Assembly (NCBI GenBank): GCA_965209055.1 | Contig: OZ242374.1 | Coordinates: 256,001 to 320,000 of the forward strand | DNA from: Acidobacteriota bacterium | GTDB lineage: Bacteria > Acidobacteriota > UBA6911 > RPQK01 > JAJDTT01 | DNA length: 64,000 nucleotides | Direction: 5' to 3' | Shown: piece after piece, positions 59,482 through 64,000 of the stretch | Position numbering within the stretch: position 1 is the first letter of the stretch | Layout: each line of letters starts with the position of its first letter | Made by a program: the position numbers and the translations under genes | Notes under the pieces: model-generated | Told to the model about the DNA's origin: nothing | Database searches by the model: none | The model's input: the letters and a program-made list of their open reading frames with translations, nothing else

Positions 59482-60942
59482 TCAATCGGACTTCACCTGA
59501 AAGGCGTAAAGGTCCGTGTCCCGCAAATGGAATCGAATTCGCAGGCCGGCCTCCCGTCGAGGGACCAGATCCGCTCCGTTCCCCCAGGTGACGGCGTGGC
59601 GCAACGAGTCGCCGCGGACCGGATTGCACTGTCGCGCCCCGTATCCGGGAATCACGTTGCCGTCCTGGTCCAGGATCTCCGCCCGGAGTTCGCCCTCCAC
59701 CCGGGCATTGACCGTCAACCGGCCGCCGGGAGTCTGCAGGAGCTTTGTGGTGACCGACCCTTCCCTCGGCGCCGTCAGCGAGACGAATCCGTCCAGCCGC
59801 ATGGTGGCCAGGCCGGTGGCCCTCTGGATCCGCCGGCCGTCCCGGACCCAGCCCTCTTTCACCTTCCGGATGGCGGCCACGGTGTAGGGCATGTTCTCGC
59901 CCCAGTAGTAGCACCAGATCCGCTCGCCGTGCACCACGGGAGCCACCGGGATGCTGAGCTTGCTGTCCCAGGCCGGATCCTCTCCCCGCTCCAGCACGAA
60001 CGACCCGGGAAAGGGCCGGCTCCAGTGGACCCCGTCCCGGCTCACGGCCAGCTCGGCCGCCGCCGCGACGAACTCCTTCGTCCCTCTTTGGAAGACCCAG
60101 AGCCAGCCCAGGTAGAGGTCCTCGTAAAGGAACGCGGCCAGTCCCTTGAAGTGGAGATCGGGTTCTTCGGCTGCTGGCGCCATCACCGTCTCGGGCTCCG
60201 ACCAGGTGACGAAGTCGGCACTGACGGCCCGTCCGACCGTATTCTGTGCGGCGCGCATCCGCACGTAGAAGACGTAGCGCCGGATGCGCGGATCCCAGCC
60301 CAGCAGGTTGCCGTTATGAGGCCGCCGGAACCACGGCTTCCCGTCGCCGTTGAGCTTCCAGTGGACTCCGTCGGCCGAATAGGCCTTGGTGATGGCCGGC
60401 TGTCCGTCGAAGACGTCCACGTAGGTCATCTTGAACCGGCGCTGGGGATCCGGATCGTGGAGGTCCTTGATGACGTTGGCCCGCCTCATCCAGTTGACGC
60501 CCCGGGGAATGAGATTGTTGTCACTGGAACCCTCCCAATCCACTTGACCCAGGTTCGGCTTGCTCCAGTCGGCGCCGTCCTTGGAAACGGCGTAGGCCAC
60601 CTTGTACCGGAACCCGCCCGGCGCCCCCTCTTCCATGTGGGAGGCCATGTACCACATCTTGAACTCGCCGGTCTCCCGATCGAATAGGACGGCCCTCCCG
60701 TTGGGTGAGATCAGCCACCGTTCCCAGGGACGGTCCCCCACCAGGACCGGATTGCCGGGATGACGTTCCAGCCGGTTCAGCCGGCGGGTCACTCCCCGGG
60801 TGGACTCCACGACATGGTCGTCGATGAAAAGCTGTTTCCGTGGGCCGATCTCGACACCGGCAGCGTGGGAACCGGGCAGGATGGAGGTGACGGAGGCGGC
60901 GAGGATCAACACCGTCAGCATGACTTTCATTCGAGAAGACAT
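59482..60942 (-). CDS. Exported putative glycoside hydrolase-like beta-propeller (paralog)
   Basis: KQLFIDD, NPVL..DRPWE, AYAVSKDG..WSKPNLG...GSSDNN, SRDGVHW, RLDGFVS, LYAFQV. Confidence 0.7.
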   Translation of the reverse strand: MSSRMKVMLTVLILAASVTSILPGSHAAGVEIGPRKQLFIDDHVVESTRGVTRRLNRLERHPGNPVLVGDRPWERWLISPNGRAVLFDRETGEFKMWYMASHMEEGAPGGFRYKVAYAVSKDGADWSKPNLGQVDWEGSSDNNLIPRGVNWMRRANVIKDLHDPDPQRRFKMTYVDVFDGQPAITKAYSADGVHWKLNGDGKPWFRRPHNGNLLGWDPRIRRYVFYVRMRAAQNTVGRAVSADFVTWSEPETVMAPAAEEPDLHFKGLAAFLYEDLYLGWLWVFQRGTKEFVAAAAELAVSRDGVHWSRPFPGSFVLERGEDPAWDSKLSIPVAPVVHGERIWCYYWGENMPYTVAAIRKVKEGWVRDGRRIQRATGLATMRLDGFVSLTAPREGSVTTKLLQTPGGRLTVNARVEGELRAEILDQDGNVIPGYGARQCNPVRGDSLRHAVTWGNGADLVPRREAGLRIRFHLRDTDLYAFQVKSD

Positions 60943-61043
60943 GTGGAAACCCTCCGTGACGCGCCTGTTCCGGCTCGGCCGAAGTCTACCACCGCTCCGT
61001 CACCGGGGTGATAAGATGCCCGGGCGGAGGGCACGGGAGTCGC

Positions 61044-61991
61044 ATGAAATTCGGAGTCGCCGTGACCACTTCGGTCACGCCGGCAGTCACCGCTGGAGCT
61101 CAGGCCGAATACGTCCGGAGAATGGCCGGGGCCATCGAGGACGCCGGATTCGACTCGGTCTGGGTCAGCGACCGGACCCTGTTCCCGGCGGATCTGGCCC
61201 GGCGCTACCCGGACCGGTTCGGTCCCGGCAGGGCCAGTCCCGAAGCTCAGAACGTCCTGGAGTCCCTGGCCACCCTCAGCTTCGTGGGGGGATCCACCCG
61301 CCGGTTGCGCCTGGGCGTCAGCGTCCTGGTCCTTCCTTTCCGGAATCCCCTCTTGAACGCGAAGATGATCACCACTCTGGACGTCCTCTCCGGCGGCCGC
61401 GTGATCTACGGTGTGGGCGTGGGTTGGATGCCGGAAGAATTCGCCTCCATGGGCGCGCCCTACCACAGGCGGGGAGCGGTCACCGACGAGCATATCGAGA
61501 TCTTCAAGGGCGCCTGCGCCCAAGACGTCCCGGAGTACCGGGGAAAGCACTTCCGCACCTCGGGGATGGTCTTTTTCCCGCGGCCGGTGCAGGAACCGCA
61601 TCCCCCCATCTGGGTGGGAGGGAATTCCCGCTTCGCCCTGCGCCGGAGCGTCCGTCTGGGGGATGCCTGGCACGGGATCCGGCTCTCTCCCCGCCAGGTC
61701 GGGGAGGCCCGGCGGGACCTGGCTCGAATCTGCCGCGCAGAGGACCGCGACCCGCGGACGGTGGGCGTCACCCTGAGACATACGCTGGTGCTGGGGGACG
61801 CCCGCTTCAACGGCAACGGAGATCGGCTCCACCTGACCGGCACCGCGGCGCAAGTCCGCGACGACATCCGCCGCTATGGCGAAGCGGGACTCGACTACCT
61901 GGTCCTCTCGGTGGATGCTCCGAGCACCCGGGAGACCCTGGATGCGGTCCGCCGGTTCGCGGACGAGATTCTGAGCGAAGAACAGGAGTGA
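61044..61991 (+). CDS. Luciferase-like (LLM) class oxidoreductase, F420-dependent type
   Basis: GFDSVWVSD, LRLGVSVLVLPFRNP, TLDVLSGGR, GVGVGW, PRPVQ.PHPPIWVGG. Confidence 0.85.
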   Translation: MKFGVAVTTSVTPAVTAGAQAEYVRRMAGAIEDAGFDSVWVSDRTLFPADLARRYPDRFGPGRASPEAQNVLESLATLSFVGGSTRRLRLGVSVLVLPFRNPLLNAKMITTLDVLSGGRVIYGVGVGWMPEEFASMGAPYHRRGAVTDEHIEIFKGACAQDVPEYRGKHFRTSGMVFFPRPVQEPHPPIWVGGNSRFALRRSVRLGDAWHGIRLSPRQVGEARRDLARICRAEDRDPRTVGVTLRHTLVLGDARFNGNGDRLHLTGTAAQVRDDIRRYGEAGLDYLVLSVDAPSTRETLDAVRRFADEILSEEQE

Positions 61992-61998
61992 TGAAGTC

Positions 61999-63351
61999 AT
62001 GAAGAGATTTTCACCTTGGACGATGGTACTGCTCCTGCTCGTAGCGGAGGCCGTTGCCGGTCAGAGGCCGTCCGGTTGGAGAGCGGGGGTGGCCAGTGTG
62101 CCAATCACGCCCAAGGAACCCATCTGGCTGGCGGGCTACGGATCCCGGGAACGGCCTTCGGGGGAGGTCCTGCAGGACATCCACGCCAAGGCCCTGGCCC
62201 TGGAGGATGAGACCGGTGCAGTCACCGTCCTGGTGACCATCGACCTGCTGGGATTCAGCCGCCTTCTCTCGGACCAGGTCGCGGAGCGGGCCTGGCAGGA
62301 GTTCGGGCTGAGCCGGGACCGCCTCGGCCTCAACTTCTCCCACACCCACAGCGGACCCGTCACCGGGGAGGTCCTGCGCCCGGCCTACCCGTTGGAAGAG
62401 GAGCACCTCCAGGTTATCCGCAGTTACACCCGTCGCGTCCTGGACGAAATCGTGAAGGTGATCGGCCAGTCCGTGGAAAGGCTCTCGCCGGCCCGGCTCT
62501 CCTTCGGTCAGGGGTCGGCCGGATTCGCCGTCAATCGCCGCCGGGTGCGGACCGGGAAACGCCATCTGCCCGGCCCGGTGGACCACGATGTCCCGGTCCT
62601 GGCCGTGCGTGGCGCCGACGGCGGGTTGCGGGCCGTGGTCTTCGGATACGCCTGCCACGCCACGGTCCTGTCCGGCCACCAGATCAACGGAGACTGGCCC
62701 GGGTTCGCCCAGGAATCGGTCCAGGAGAAGCATCCCGGCGCCACCGCCCTGTTCGTCACCGGTTGCGGAGCCGACGCCAACCCCTTGCCCCGCCGGTCGG
62801 TGGAGATGGCCCGGCATTACGGCCAGATCCTGGCCTACGCCGTGGACCTGGTGCTGGGCACAGAGATGGCGCCGGTCCGGGGACCGCTCAGGAGCGCCTT
62901 CGAGCGGGTGGCGATCCCCTTCAGCAAGCCCCCTTCCCGCCGTGAGCTGGAAGCCCGGGTCGGACGGGATACGGGAATGGCCAGGCGCCACGCCCAGTTC
63001 CTCCTGGGCAGAATCGAGCGGGAGGGGAGACTGCCCGACAGCTATCCGTACCCGATTCAGGTCTGGCAGTTCGGGAAAGACCTCACCCTGATCCATCTGG
63101 CGGGCGAGGTGGTGGTCGACTATTCCCTGCGGCTCAAGGCGGCCCACGGATGGGACAGGGTCTGGGTGGCCGGCTACTCCAACGAGGTCTTCGCCTACAT
63201 CCCGTCCCTGAGGGTACTCAAGGAGGGCGGCTATGAAGGCGCGGGCGCCATGCTTCCGTATGGGCAATCGGGTCCCTTCGGGGCGCCGGTGGAAGAGATC
63301 ATCGTGGAAAAGGTGGACGAACTCGTGAACCGCGGAGCGGCGGCTTTCTAG
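61999..63351 (+). CDS. Neutral/alkaline ceramidase N-terminal-domain family hydrolase, exported
   Basis: Signal peptide, AGVA...ITP, SHTHSGP, YACHAT, GCGADANP, GEVVVDY, GYSN...YIPS...EGGYEG. Confidence 0.85.
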   Translation: MKRFSPWTMVLLLLVAEAVAGQRPSGWRAGVASVPITPKEPIWLAGYGSRERPSGEVLQDIHAKALALEDETGAVTVLVTIDLLGFSRLLSDQVAERAWQEFGLSRDRLGLNFSHTHSGPVTGEVLRPAYPLEEEHLQVIRSYTRRVLDEIVKVIGQSVERLSPARLSFGQGSAGFAVNRRRVRTGKRHLPGPVDHDVPVLAVRGADGGLRAVVFGYACHATVLSGHQINGDWPGFAQESVQEKHPGATALFVTGCGADANPLPRRSVEMARHYGQILAYAVDLVLGTEMAPVRGPLRSAFERVAIPFSKPPSRRELEARVGRDTGMARRHAQFLLGRIEREGRLPDSYPYPIQVWQFGKDLTLIHLAGEVVVDYSLRLKAAHGWDRVWVAGYSNEVFAYIPSLRVLKEGGYEGAGAMLPYGQSGPFGAPVEEIIVEKVDELVNRGAAAF

Positions 63352-63441
63352 CCGCCGAACAGGAACGGCGATTTCCAATCGCCGAACTCCCGGCGCAGCC
63401 ATGGCGCAGCATAGAATGGGCGATCTGAAATCCCTCTCTCC
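63334..63441 (+). repeat. Cluster of three GGAG-family REP-like palindromes
   Basis: GGAG-CGGCGGCTTTCTAGCCGCCG (63334), GGAA-CGGCGATTTCCAATCGCCG (63362), and inverted GGAG-AGAGGGATTTCAGATCGCCC (63441-63418). Confidence 0.7.
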
Positions 63442-63482
63442 AGGTCGCCCCTCCATACCAGGGCGGTAGAATCGGATCATCC

Positions 63483-64000
63483 GTGAAGCCGAGCTCAATT
63501 CTCTTTCGCAGCAACCGTTGCATCATCCTGTTTGCCGTGGCCGCTTTAGGCGCCTGCCGCCCGGGGTCCGAGACCGGTCCGTCCCCAGGACCGCCGGACC
63601 TCGAAAAGCGGGAGCTCCGTCCCGGGCTGGCCGCCCGCTACGAAGACGGACGGCATCGCGTTCACTTGGTGACGCCGGCTCCCCATTTCTACCTGGAGGA
63701 AGGAGAGTCCCTGCATCCTTCTCTGGAACCCGGTTTTCAAGCCGAATGGACGGGCATCCTTTCGATTTTTCAGACGGGCCGCTATCGCTTCGAGGGCGGC
63801 GGCCAGTTGGAGGTCGGCGGCAAGGAGATCGGAGGCGAAGCCGTCACCCTGGCGCCGGGACGGCATCGCATTCGACTCAGGTTTCGCCGTTTGCCGGGGC
63901 CGGCCCAACTCCGGCTGCTCTGGGAATCGGAGCATTTTCCGCTGGAGCCGGTCCCGTCCCGGGTCCTGTTCCACGAATCGGAAAGCGCGCCCGGTTGGGA
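63483..64000 (+). CDS. Lipoprotein with PA14-like domain, 3'-truncated by window
   Basis: Manual translation from GTG 63483: MKPSSILFRSNRCIILFAVAALGAC (lipobox)...FQAEWTGILSIFQTGRYRF...LAPGRHRIRLRF...LRLLWESEHFPLEPVP. No stop before the window end. Confidence 0.7.
   Translation, partial: MKPSSILFRSNRCIILFAVAALGACRPGSETGPSPGPPDLEKRELRPGLAARYEDGRHRVHLVTPAPHFYLEEGESLHPSLEPGFQAEWTGILSIFQTGRYRFEGGGQLEVGGKEIGGEAVTLAPGRHRIRLRFRRLPGPAQLRLLWESEHFPLEPVPSRVLFHESESAPGW

Overview
High-GC bacterial chromosomal window. The gene repertoire (Oar-type TonB receptors, TPR + ASPIC/UnbV pairs, DUF1549/DUF1553 + DUF1501 modules, many exported hydrolases) suggests Acidobacteriota or a similar PVC-like heterotroph; this is inference. 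It holds about 52 CDS, a tRNA-Arg(UCU), a cobalamin riboswitch heading a corrinoid ABC-uptake operon, two type II toxin-antitoxin modules with palindromic operators, a decayed SulP gene and two families of REP-like palindromes. No CRISPR, prophage or transposase was seen. The best candidate for an undescribed system is at 20331-23344 (-): a POTRA-less Omp85-family barrel closely followed by a signal-peptide-bearing atypical (HipA/PI3K-like) kinase, then an orphan DUF1501 gene. All calls are by motif recognition; no database searches were run, and many start codons are estimates.
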